In this document: positions 10,664 through 19,834 of the stretch, piece by piece
How the letters are laid out: each line of letters starts with the position of its first letter
Numbering within the stretch: the stretch's first letter is position 1
Source: Candidatus Thorarchaeota archaeon
Lineage (GTDB): Archaea > Asgardarchaeota > Thorarchaeia > Thorarchaeales > Thorarchaeaceae
Assembly: GCA_963726195.1 (NCBI GenBank)
Contig: CAVSBO010000003.1
Coordinates: forward strand, 96,001-160,000
Direction: 5' to 3'
Length of the DNA stretch: 64,000 nucleotides
The notes under the pieces: generated by a model
What the model was told of the DNA's origin: nothing
What the model saw: the letters and a program-made list of their open reading frames with translations, nothing else
The model's database searches: none
Program-made: the position numbers and the translations under genes

Positions 10664-10893
10664 GAGAGTTCACGCAGTTCTTCGAACAGAACAGGGGTGC
10701 AGTCAGAAAGCAGAGGAAGTCCATAGAAGATGCACTCTCGTCTTCTCCCGCCACCGTAACAGAACTCGCTGCGAAGACTCAGCTGACTAAGAAGCTGATT
10801 GTATGGAACCTTATCGGGATGCTGAAGTGGGGCACTGTGGAAGTAAAAGGCGAGCATGATGATGAGCTCGTATATGCATTGAAGGAGGCCTGA
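10660..10893 (+). CDS. Small winged-helix-like protein within the hydrogenase operon
   Basis: IEDALSSSPATVTELAAKTQL..LIVWNL..GTVEV wHTH pattern; overlaps the mvhD stop and ends 2 bp before mvhG. Confidence 0.7.
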   Translation: MREFTQFFEQNRGAVRKQRKSIEDALSSSPATVTELAAKTQLTKKLIVWNLIGMLKWGTVEVKGEHDDELVYALKEA

Positions 10894-10895
10894 GA

Positions 10896-11825
10896 ATGAC
10901 TGAGCCCGTTCCTGTAGCGATGGCACAGGGCAGTTCCTGCTGGGGCTGCTTTCAGAGTCTTATAGACATCCACCTCAAGCTTGCAGATGTTCTGCCACTG
11001 CTAAACATCAAGTATTGGCAAGCGGTGGTCGACTACAAGCTCAAGGATCTTGAAGGTTATCCTGACGGTTCAATCGCGGTTGGGTTCTACGAGGGAATGG
11101 CCAGAACGGAAGAGGACGTCCATCTTCTCAACACGATGCGAGCAAAGTGCAAGACGCTGATAGCGTTCGGCTCTTGCTCATGCTTCGGTGGTGTTCCGGG
11201 CATGGCCAACTTTTATGATATTGAGGAATGTTATGACGCCAAGTTCCGTCACAACAAAACTGTGAATGATGGGAAGGTTCCTTCAAAGAACGTTCCGCCA
11301 ATCGAGAATGTCGTCAGGCCTAACACGGACTACGTGAATTTCGAAGTGTTCCTGCCAGGCTGTCCTCCAACTTCAAAGTTGATCCTCACGGCGGTCAGTG
11401 CATTGCTGGAGGGTAAGCCCTTGGATTTGCCTCCACACACGGTCTGTCATTACTGCAAACGCGAGAAAAAGGAGACACCCATCTCAGAAATACTCAGACC
11501 GTACGTTGGCAAGGCCGATTCCAAGAGGTGCCTATTGGAACAGGGATACATTTGCATGGGTCCGTCGACGTGGGGACTATGTGAGGGACCGTGCGTGAAC
11601 AAGGGCGCAACATGCCGAGGCTGCTTTGGCCCATCGCCGCCTATAACCAAGGATCATGGTGCTGCGTCGATATCAATGCTCGGCACGTATGCACCGATTG
11701 AACCAGAGAGTCTTGTTGCACAGGTGAAAGACCCTCTCGGGACCTTCTACAGATTCGACTATCCCACAAGCCATCTAGGACGTATTCGTATCAAGCGCGA
11801 AGACGCAAAGAGGAGGCGCGAGTAG
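10896..11825 (+). CDS. mvhG: F420-non-reducing [NiFe] hydrogenase small subunit
   Basis: SCWGC, FGSCSCFGG, LPGCPP, CLLEQGYICMGP, CRGCFGP. Confidence 0.92.
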   Translation: MTEPVPVAMAQGSSCWGCFQSLIDIHLKLADVLPLLNIKYWQAVVDYKLKDLEGYPDGSIAVGFYEGMARTEEDVHLLNTMRAKCKTLIAFGSCSCFGGVPGMANFYDIEECYDAKFRHNKTVNDGKVPSKNVPPIENVVRPNTDYVNFEVFLPGCPPTSKLILTAVSALLEGKPLDLPPHTVCHYCKREKKETPISEILRPYVGKADSKRCLLEQGYICMGPSTWGLCEGPCVNKGATCRGCFGPSPPITKDHGAASISMLGTYAPIEPESLVAQVKDPLGTFYRFDYPTSHLGRIRIKREDAKRRRE

Positions 11826-11826
11826 A

Positions 11827-13144
11827 GTGCCAGAAGAAAAGACAATCCGGATCAATCCTGTTACTCGCCTCGAGGGTCATGGAGCTCTCACCATAAAGCT
11901 GGGTCCCGGCAACAAGGTGAAGGATGTTCAATTCAATATCGGGAGTACTCGCTTCTTTGAGCAGTTCATGGTTGGCAGGCCGATGGAGGAAGTACCAAGG
12001 ATTGCTCCAAGAATATGCGGCATCTGCCCCGAGCCACATCACCTAGCCTCAGTGAAGGCTGTCGAGGCCGCTTGGGATGTCAAGCCACCCCCTGCTGCAA
12101 CGAAACTGAGAACGGCTATTGCTCGAATCTAAGCAGCTATCTTCTCATGCGATTCATTTCTATGCGTTAGCAGCCCCTGACTTCGTCTTTGGCCCGTTCG
12201 CCAAGCCAGAAGTAAGAAACGTTGCTGCCGTTTTGAAGTACAAGCCGGATATCGCCGTGCAAGCTATCAAGATAATGGAGTTCGGTCAGGAACTCTGCAG
12301 GGACATAGGAGCAAAGGCCATCCATCCAGTGACTGCGATTCCTGGAGGAATGCTCAACACTCTGACAGAGGAAGAACGTGACAAGTGGCTTGCTGCCGTG
12401 CCCGCGATGCTGGACAATGTGCAGAAGACCGTTGCACTTGCAAAGACAGTCGTGAACGCTTACATCGACGTGATCAAGAAGGTAGCGGTAACTCCGACTT
12501 ACTACGTAGGGCTTTCGAACAGAGGAGTTCATGACATATACGACGGGACCGTTCATGTGATGGACCCCGCGGGAAAGATTGTTGCTGACTTTGAAGCAAA
12601 GGACTACACGAAGTACTTTGGTGAATATGTTCCTGAACACTCCTATGCGACCCACATCTACTACAAGCCCGCAGGCTATCCCCAAGGAATCTGGAGGGCG
12701 AACACACTCGCGAGATGCAACATCGCAGACAAGATGGCTACTCCACTTGCTGATGCAGCATTGAAGGAAATGCGAACCTTGCTTGGGAGACCTTCTCATC
12801 ACACTTTCGGCTATCACTATGCAAGGATAGTAGAGATGGTACAAGCCGCTGAATCAATCAAGAGGCTCCTAGAAGACCCAGACATCGTAAGTACAGACGT
12901 CAAGCTGTCAGATGTGCAGCCCAAGGCTGGTGATGGAGTAGGCGTTGTCGAAGCGCCTCGTGGTACCTGCTTGCATAACTACGAGTGCAACGATGAAGGC
13001 ATTGTTACCAAAGCAAACATTATAGTCGCGACGAACCACAACGTAGGCGGCATTGAGAAATCACTGATGGATGCTGCCAAGCTCATCTTTGAGCAGGACG
13101 GACTCAAGAAACTGAAACTCCCTGAACCACTTGTGAAAACCTAG
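11827..13144 (+). CDS. vhuA: Group 3c [NiFe(Se)] hydrogenase large subunit, VhuA type, lacking the C-terminal Ni motif (frameshift ~12115)
   Basis: PVTRLEGHG, PRICGIC, VEAPRG, IVATNHN; one extra base at ctgagaAcggcta; no DPCxxC at the C-terminus. Confidence 0.88.
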
Positions 13145-13157
13145 AGAGGAAATCAAG

Positions 13158-13310
13158 ATGACAGACGAAATACCCGAAGGCGTGCTCAATCTCCTTGAGA
13201 TGGTAGTACGCTGCTATGACTGCTGACTCTCGTGCGCCGCTCATATCGTCATCGTGGACGAAGAGGGGCGCGAGATAGCCAGGAAGGAGATAGTGACCTG
13301 CGAAGAATGA
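13158..13310 (+). CDS. vhuU: Selenocysteine-containing hydrogenase subunit VhuU (50 aa)
   Basis: MTDEIPEGVLNLLEMVVRCYDC-U(TGA 13224-13226)-LSCAAHIVIVDEEGREIARKEIVTCEE*; supplies the L2 Ni motif missing from VhuA; RBS gagagga upstream. Confidence 0.92.
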
Positions 13311-13368
13311 AGGTGCGGTCGCAAAGAACTATACCGCGCTCGACAACCCTGCAAGGGTCGCCGGTCAC
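13293..13368 (+). promoter_or_regulatory. Eukaryote-like SECIS element of vhuU
   Basis: AUGA 13307-13310; stem ggtgcggt/accgcgct; AAA 13323-13325; GA 13342-13343; basal helix gtgacc.gcga/tcgc.ggtcac. Confidence 0.75.
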
Positions 13369-13574
13369 TCTCCTTCGTTCTCTCTCATTTCTGTGTCATG
13401 ACGTGCCTTGACTTCAATGCTCTTGGTGGTATTTCCGGAGGATTTGAGCTATTGCCTCGATTAGATCACGCCCGGGTGCAATCAGCCAATCTGCATGCGG
13501 CACCCTTCTCTATTGGAGTGGATGCGAAAACGAGAAGGGGAGGATATATCTCGACCTACTCCAACCAAGAAAGC

Positions 13575-13757
13575 GTGACTAATCGCCAAGCCGAATCAAT
13601 ACCAAAGCAGGTGAGACGCCGACGCGACCGAGAGCAGATTGTGTCCGCTCTTCGTGCCAGACAGTTGTCCGGGGAGGAGACATTGTCCCTAGGACTCGAA
13701 CTATCCGACCTTGCGGTTCGAACGACCAGAAGGCAGCACGATGAACGAATTCGGTGA
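13575..13757 (+). CDS. Small putative antitoxin/partner of the nucleotidyltransferase
   Basis: Short basic ORF (RQLSGEETLSLGLELSD) overlapping the NTase start; typical two-gene arrangement. Confidence 0.5.
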   Translation: MTNRQAESIPKQVRRRRDREQIVSALRARQLSGEETLSLGLELSDLAVRTTRRQHDERIR

Positions 13758-14310
13758 GGTTCTTCGGGTCGTCTGCAATTTCCTCAACGAGAATGAAGTC
13801 GACTATGTTGTGGTGGGCGGTATTGCTGTAATGTACTATGGTGTTCCCCGCACTACAACCGATATCGACCTGATTATCAGGATGAAGACTGCTGAAATGA
13901 GTCCGTTTGTTGTCTTTCTGAGCTCCCATGGATTCCATGCGAGATTAGAGGACTTGACTGCAGCGTTGAAAGAGGGCTCGCATTGCACTTTCTTCTACGG
14001 AAGAAGCCTCCTCAGACTGGACATTCAAGGGGTCGTCTCTGAGTTCGATAGAATGACCCTTGAAAGGGCAGTCAAGGTGAATCATCTAGGGACCGCTGTC
14101 AGGCTGGCAACGGCCGAAGATACTCTTGTCAACAAGGTGTATTTCCAAGCGGAGCAGGACCTGCGCGATGCCCTAGGAATTTATGTCCGCAATGAGGACA
14201 AGCTGGATTTCAGTTATATCGAGTCTACGTGCAGACTCCTCGGAATCGAAAACAGGTGGAAATCCTTTGTAAGAAAAGCCACCAGGAATATGAAAGAACA
14301 CACCGAGTAG
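13741..14310 (+). CDS. Nucleotidyltransferase (AbiEii/DUF6036-like)
   Basis: YVVVGGIAV..G.PRTTTDIDL, TAEDTLVNK, QDLRDA. Confidence 0.8.
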   Translation: MNEFGEVLRVVCNFLNENEVDYVVVGGIAVMYYGVPRTTTDIDLIIRMKTAEMSPFVVFLSSHGFHARLEDLTAALKEGSHCTFFYGRSLLRLDIQGVVSEFDRMTLERAVKVNHLGTAVRLATAEDTLVNKVYFQAEQDLRDALGIYVRNEDKLDFSYIESTCRLLGIENRWKSFVRKATRNMKEHTE

Positions 14311-14347
14311 GACTGGCCGAACCATGCTCGTGCACCTGTGATGTAAC

Positions 14348-14470
14348 GATGAGAATGGGTGGCAGACGCCAAGAGCTAGCACGTGACGAGCGGCGAATGA
14401 ACGCGGAGTGGCAAAGAACTGTACCCCCTGGACAAACCCATCGAGGGTCACCGGTCATTTTCCTTCGGTT
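14348..14470 (+). pseudogene. Decayed duplicate of the vhuU 3' end and SECIS
   Basis: gaatgaa..gcaaagaactgtacc..gacaaaccc..gggtcaccggtca..tccttcg aligns with 13305-13378; upstream reads DENG..VTSGE* vs DEEG..VTCEE*. Confidence 0.7.
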
Positions 14471-14585
14471 CCTCACCTTCGGCATTGAGATGGATTAATC
14501 CGAAACGGAGGGCACAGGCACAAGCGTTCATAGGAAAGGTGATTCTTATTAGCCGTGGAGTCATTAATATGGACGACTGGCAGGA

Positions 14586-15780
14586 ATGGAGCAGCCTACA
14601 ACAACCACGGATACAAAAGTCTGGTTCAAGCTGATAGTGATTCTCCTTTTTCTATTAGCACTACCGGAATACATGCAGTTCGGCTATGGTGGTTTCACAT
14701 ACTCCTCGGTGCTGTTTAACATCGGTTCGTATGTCGGGATAATGCAGTTGCCTTCAACGGGTCCCGTTTCCGTTACACCTCGAGCTCATCATTCTGGCTC
14801 TAATACTCTCGCTGCCAGGCATCATCTTCTTTGTTAGGATTCACGGAGCAAACCGAATAGGGCCAATCAGACGGTTAATGATAACATGTATCGTGACAAC
14901 CTTCGTTCTTGGTGCATTTGTCCTGAGCTTGTGGCCAGCTTTCATTCCAATGAGCTTTGTCGAGTATTATGTGTTTGCTGAGGTTGCGAATGCCTACGCA
15001 GTGTATGCTCTTGTGGCTCTGGTTTTCGTTCCGTTCTTTCTCCGTGAGTCAAGTTTCCTTCTGCCTATCTCCACCGAGCTAGGAGTGACGAAAGTATCTA
15101 CAATTCAACCCGGCCGTACAGCGAGCGCGAGAGTCGCCTATAGCATTGGTCTTCTTGTAGCGATCGTGACTCTCATCACACCAACGTTGGTAGCTTCCGT
15201 TGGTAACCAGTACGTTCGGCAGACAGTCTTTAGTGGCGTGACCATCAGTCTCCAGTTTATGGTGTACACGAGCATCGGGGAGGCGGGATCGCCTCTTTAC
15301 TCTCAAACTTACTATATGGTGAGTACTCTATTTCCCTTCGGGGCGCTTCTTGTCCTGTCCCTTCTGCGCGTCGTGTTTGCTCGAAACCTCATGCGCTACT
15401 ACAGAGGCATCGGACGAGTCGGGAGATTGTTGGCCACAGGAGCGATTGGTGAAGCCATGCTCTTTTCTCCATACATCCTCGCCTCCGGGTACTACATGAC
15501 AGTGTTGCCGCTACCCCTCTTGCCTGTCCTAGGACTCGTGTTGGTAAGACTTCGCGGATCGCTTACCTCTATGCGTGCGCCCAGCTATCTGGAGAAACTT
15601 CGCGAATCGCTTATCTCTATGCATGCGGTCAGCTATCCGGACGTCTGGCCGCTGACGTTCGAAGAGGAAGGTGTGACACGGCAAAGTGAGCAGAATCTCA
15701 AACGTGCTTCTGTGAAAGTGCCTGTCACATACGTGGTTATTTCGCGAATGCGTGGCCACCTTAGGCATACCCAGGAATAG
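14586..15780 (+). CDS. Multi-pass membrane protein, paralog 1 (frameshifted ~14790-14860)
   Basis: Many TM helices; shares KL.I/L.L..LP, P..RESSFL and RV.FA..L.RYYRG.G motifs with the next gene. Confidence 0.6.
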
Positions 15781-15843
15781 GACTGGACTGTGCTGTGCAC
15801 ATCTTAGCTCATGACTGCCCTTATTAGTTGACGACTGAATTCC

Positions 15844-16953
15844 ATGAAATGTGGTAAGCAGGTTACGAAAGGCATCGACGCGAGAGTGCTGCTCAAGCTC
15901 GCAATACTAATGCTCGTTTTGTACATCCTGCCATTGGAAGTCAGGGTCCTCGATGCTCCCATTGCATACTACTCGGTCCTCTTCTTTATGGGGTCTGGCG
16001 GCATGGGAGAAATCGGGACGACCTCAGGCGGCATCAGCTCTTGCTCCGCCTGCCATTATTCTCTTGGCAGTGGCTGAGTCTTTGCCGGGGGCTTTCTTCT
16101 TCCTGCGTATTCACGAATCTGGCCGCTCTGGACAAATCAGAGGGCTATTCATTGGTTCTGTGGTTGGAACGTTCTTTCTCGCTATGCTTCTGCCCCAGAA
16201 TTGGTTTGAGACTTTTCCATACCCATCGCCCTTGTCCTGGGAGTTCAGTGATGTTGCCGGTATCTACCCAACGATAGCTCTACTGGGTCTGATACTCATC
16301 CCGCTCCTTTTCCGTGAGTCATCTTTTCTTGCGCGAGAGAGGGCGGAGCACCAACAGGAGAAGGAATCCGCTATACTCTCAACTCGGGTCGCCAGCTTCT
16401 GGGTTTCGAATGGTATTGCGTTGGTGATTGCGCTTGTGACATTCTTCGTGCCCTCTGGGTTTGGGACACAATCTGGCCAAGGTTCTCCAGTTGGAGCTGG
16501 GAGAGCGTTGTCGCAACGGTTTATTCACAGGATTTTTGGTTTTCATCTTTCACGCAGTCGCAGACCAGATCCTTGTTCTATCCCCTTTTCCAGTTTGTGG
16601 TAATCCTTGTCGAGTCTTCTGTTCGGGTTCTCTTCGCCCAGAGGCTCATACGCTACTATCGTGGATTCGGACAGACTCGTAGAGTCCTAGCAATCGGAGT
16701 GATTGGCGAGGTCTTGGCGAATTCCCCCTACATCTACCAGGTTTATACCATCATTCTTCTGTACGGCCGCTATTGGGGCAGTCTCGTGCTGCCGGTGCCT
16801 TTGTTCTTCATTCTGGGACTGCTGTTCATGAAGTTTCGTGGCTCACTGACAACAAGAGAAGTGGTAAGTGATGCTGGCATGCGGTCCATGACGTTTGAGA
16901 AGGAACCAGCAGCAATCTCCAGTGGACAAAGCGTTGATGCTGCATCGCAATAG
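15844..16953 (+). CDS. Multi-pass membrane protein, paralog 2 (several frameshifts; possibly a pseudogene)
   Basis: ORFs 15844..16077, 15953..16603 and 16573..16953 together align with paralog 1 (PLLFRESSFL, RVLFAQRLIRYYRGFG, RGSLT). Confidence 0.55.
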
Positions 16954-17295
16954 TATAGGCTGCTCGCGTGATTCTTTCGAGTCCGTGAGTATCTTCTGTG
17001 TTCTCACGACTGATTTTAGTGTTTGAGGCGTGTTGCTTGGTCGAGGTCTCGAATGTCCACTAGAGTGGTTGATTGGGTGACCTGTACACAGAGTAGAGAT
17101 CACTACCGGTGGACTCTTCACCCTGCATGTGCGAATTATGACTCACATGCTCAAGCAGACTTAAAAGGAAGGGTGGCAGAACAAGAAACAGCAGGGCTTA
17201 CCAAAGCATTTCGTCCTTGGAGTACCGAATATGGTACGTCCTTGTGAAGTACTTGTTTTGAAAGCACCTGTCTAGTTTCAGACGTGACTTAACCT

Positions 17296-17856
17296 ATGAG
17301 TAGTGAATCAGAGCCTATTGTGGCTACTGTTTCCGAACTGAAGCCCTCAATGAGGAACATCTCGATTGTCTTCAAGGTCCTAGAAATGACCGAACCCCGC
17401 GAAGTCACATCGCGGGATGATGGCCAGTCTCATAAGATCGTTGATGCAAAGGTCGGTGACAAGACCGGCACAGTCATCGTCCCTCTTTGGGATGACGCGA
17501 TAGAGCGCGTCAAGGTCGGTTCAACATACAAGCTTGACAACGGATACACTGGTCTATTCCAAAGCAACCTCAGACTGAATATCGGCCGGTATGGTGTAAT
17601 CAGTGAGGCTACCGAGGAAATAGCCGATGTTGACACCTCCAATGATGTATCTGCTGTTGAGCACGAGAGAGTGTATCGCAGAAGGCCTAGCAGCGGGTAT
17701 GGAAGGCCCCGCGAGGACTCCGACCGTGGTGGCTATGGAGGCGGCGGCGGATACGGTGGTGGCCGTGACCGTGCCACTGGGCGTGGCACTGGCCGTGGTG
17801 CTGGCCCTGGCGGGCGTGGTGACCGTGGTGACGGCGGCCGCAGAGGCTATGACTAG
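17296..17856 (+). CDS. ssb: Single-OB-fold ssDNA-binding protein with RGG/Gly-rich tail
   Basis: VSELKP..VFKV..VGDKTG..LWDD..NGY..LNIGRYG, typical of crenarchaeal SSB/hSSB1-type OB folds. Confidence 0.85.
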   Translation: MSSESEPIVATVSELKPSMRNISIVFKVLEMTEPREVTSRDDGQSHKIVDAKVGDKTGTVIVPLWDDAIERVKVGSTYKLDNGYTGLFQSNLRLNIGRYGVISEATEEIADVDTSNDVSAVEHERVYRRRPSSGYGRPREDSDRGGYGGGGGYGGGRDRATGRGTGRGAGPGGRGDRGDGGRRGYD

Positions 17857-17898
17857 CACAAGCCGATCAGTCTAGATTGTTTTTTCTGCTGAAGAACA

Positions 17899-17940
17899 GT
17901 GCGAGAACTCCAACTTCTCGCACTCCATTGTTTCCTTTCG
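17899..17940 (+). terminator. Stem-loop followed by a pyrimidine-rich tract
   Basis: gtgcgagaa-ctccaac-ttctcgcac downstream of ssb, with nearby T tracts. Confidence 0.5.
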
Positions 17941-18170
17941 CACAGAAATCTTCGCGAGGCTTCAGAGAACCTGCAAACGTGCTCTGACTCCTATATGGTG
18001 TTACTTGGTTGATACACAATCAGCCAGATTTATATGGCACCAAGCGCGGTCGAGGCCTCAGCAGGTTTTGCCGAAGCACGACAACTCTATGAAAGGCAAA
18101 TCAATTCGACTCGTCTTCCATGGGGCGAATCCGTTAGTCGAAGCCTGTCTATTCGCTGATGTGGTATACA

Positions 18171-18704
18171 ATGAGCGACAACACGGTCCAACCTATACAA
18201 GCGACCGTTTCCGAACTTAAGCCCCGAATGAGAGGTTTAACGATCATATTCAAGGTCGTTTCCATAACCGAACCCCATGAAGTCACATCTCGTGATGATG
18301 GTGCCACTCATCGAGTTGCTGACGCGAAAGTTGGCGACAGCACCGCTACAGTCATCATACCTTTATGGGACGACGCGATTGAACGCTTCAAAGTTGGTTC
18401 AGTCTACAAGCTGGACAACGGTTACACGAAGCTGTTCATGAATAACATCCGTCTGAACGTCGGACGTGATGGGATTGTCAACCCCTCTGATGAAGAGATG
18501 CCAGAAGTCAACATGGAGCACGATGTGTCTTCCGTTGTCTATCCTCAGAGGCCCAGACGCCGGTACGGAGGACAACGAACTGAACGAGACCGCCACTATC
18601 GCGAGGATTCTCGCAAAGCGGAGGAAGGCGAAAGCCGCGAGGGTGCCAAGGGCCACCGCGGTGATGAGGACGAATCAGACGCAGGTGATGAGCAGAAGCA
18701 ATAA
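18171..18704 (+). CDS. ssb: Single-OB-fold ssDNA-binding protein paralog with charged/acidic tail
   Basis: OB fold closely similar to 17296..17856; tail ends GDEDESDAGDEQKQ. Confidence 0.85.
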   Translation: MSDNTVQPIQATVSELKPRMRGLTIIFKVVSITEPHEVTSRDDGATHRVADAKVGDSTATVIIPLWDDAIERFKVGSVYKLDNGYTKLFMNNIRLNVGRDGIVNPSDEEMPEVNMEHDVSSVVYPQRPRRRYGGQRTERDRHYREDSRKAEEGESREGAKGHRGDEDESDAGDEQKQ

Positions 18705-19006
18705 ACCACAGCAACCATGAGCTGTGTACCTGTACTTGGGGCGAGGAAAAACTTTCGCCCCTTGCTTATCTTCGACCTACGCGAACCGAGAGTTCGCTAC
18801 ACTCGTTTTTCGCTGCCAATTCAAATGGCGGTTTCATTATCAATGCAAACATGAATCGTTGATTCGTCGTCTTGGCCTTCGTCATTCATTGATGCGTCTG
18901 CTTCGAGCAGCAGGGAAAATGCCAGAATTGACCTTTGGCGGTCATTTTGTGTCAATTCGCATTCTTCATAAGCGATTGGCCTACGCCCTTGGATTTGGTG
19001 AATACA

Positions 19007-19294
19007 ATGTCACGTGAAGTTGAGCTAGAAACTAGCTCAAGAATCCTGACTACAGCATCAAAGTACATGATTGTGAGCGTACTCGCTGTAGCAATCGGCT
19101 GCGTCGCAGGTGTGTATGCTATTCTCGCCTACCTCGCCTACGGAGTAGCAGCCCAGTACTTCGCTATTGTGGCAGGACTCTTCGTCGGTGTTGCCTTCAT
19201 CCTGATTGGAGTGTTCCTGGCATTCTGGGGCCTCTACTGGATGCGAAACGAAGGCAAACGTCTGAGGAGAATGTTCGGAGAAGGTGGTAAGTAA
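19007..19294 (+). CDS. Small 2-TM membrane protein
   Basis: Two hydrophobic helices; paralogous to the next gene (ASKY/F..SV, WG..W). Confidence 0.65.
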   Translation: MSREVELETSSRILTTASKYMIVSVLAVAIGCVAGVYAILAYLAYGVAAQYFAIVAGLFVGVAFILIGVFLAFWGLYWMRNEGKRLRRMFGEGGK

Positions 19295-19297
19295 GCC

Positions 19298-19621
19298 ATG
19301 AATAGCAAGTCTGACAAGGCGGCTGCCAAGGCAGAGAAAGAACACTATGTCCCGAGCAGCTGGGACGAAGTCAGCACCAACCTCTACCAGCGAATCGAGT
19401 GGTATGCCTCGAAGTTCATCACGGTCTCTGTTATGGGTGTCGTGATTGGTGTGATCGGTGTTGTCTACGGTCTCGTTAGCTTGGTCTTGGGCAGCGCAAT
19501 TAGCGCAATCAGTGTCTTTCTTGGATTCTTCGTCGGTTTTGGCGCTCTAGTCGCTTCGATAGTCCTCCTCCTCTGGGGGGTCTTCTGGCGTCGCAGAGTT
19601 GAGAACAAGAAGATACTCTAG
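19298..19621 (+). CDS. Small 2-TM membrane protein paralog
   Basis: ASKFITVSV..LLWGVFWRR; 3 bp after the previous gene. Confidence 0.65.
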   Translation: MNSKSDKAAAKAEKEHYVPSSWDEVSTNLYQRIEWYASKFITVSVMGVVIGVIGVVYGLVSLVLGSAISAISVFLGFFVGFGALVASIVLLLWGVFWRRRVENKKIL

Positions 19622-19834
19622 GTCAACAATAGTAAGTAGTAACACAGCTCCAATACAATTTCCAGCTGTGCGTTCTATTGAACGGACTCGGAACCCTTCG
19701 GTTCCCTGTCCCATGCTTTTTTCATCATGCATTCGATTAGACGAGTGACATTCAGAATTTGCCGTCTCGTGCCGACATGGTGGATGTTCTGATGTTCGGA
19801 CAGGTCCATTGCCCTTGGGATTAGACGAGAATCT

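Noticed and set aside
12105-12135. Programmed frameshift in vhuA
   Set aside because: No slippery heptamer; one extra A, like the many other indels in the window.
13308-13757. Readthrough of the vhuU stop into the in-frame open stretch ending at 13757
   Set aside because: The frame is open but crosses the SECIS and a pyrimidine tract and reads as non-protein-like; VhuU length is already typical.
17720-17850. Short ggccgtg repeats as CRISPR or VNTR
   Set aside because: Explained by Gly/Arg codons of the SSB tail; no spacers or cas genes.
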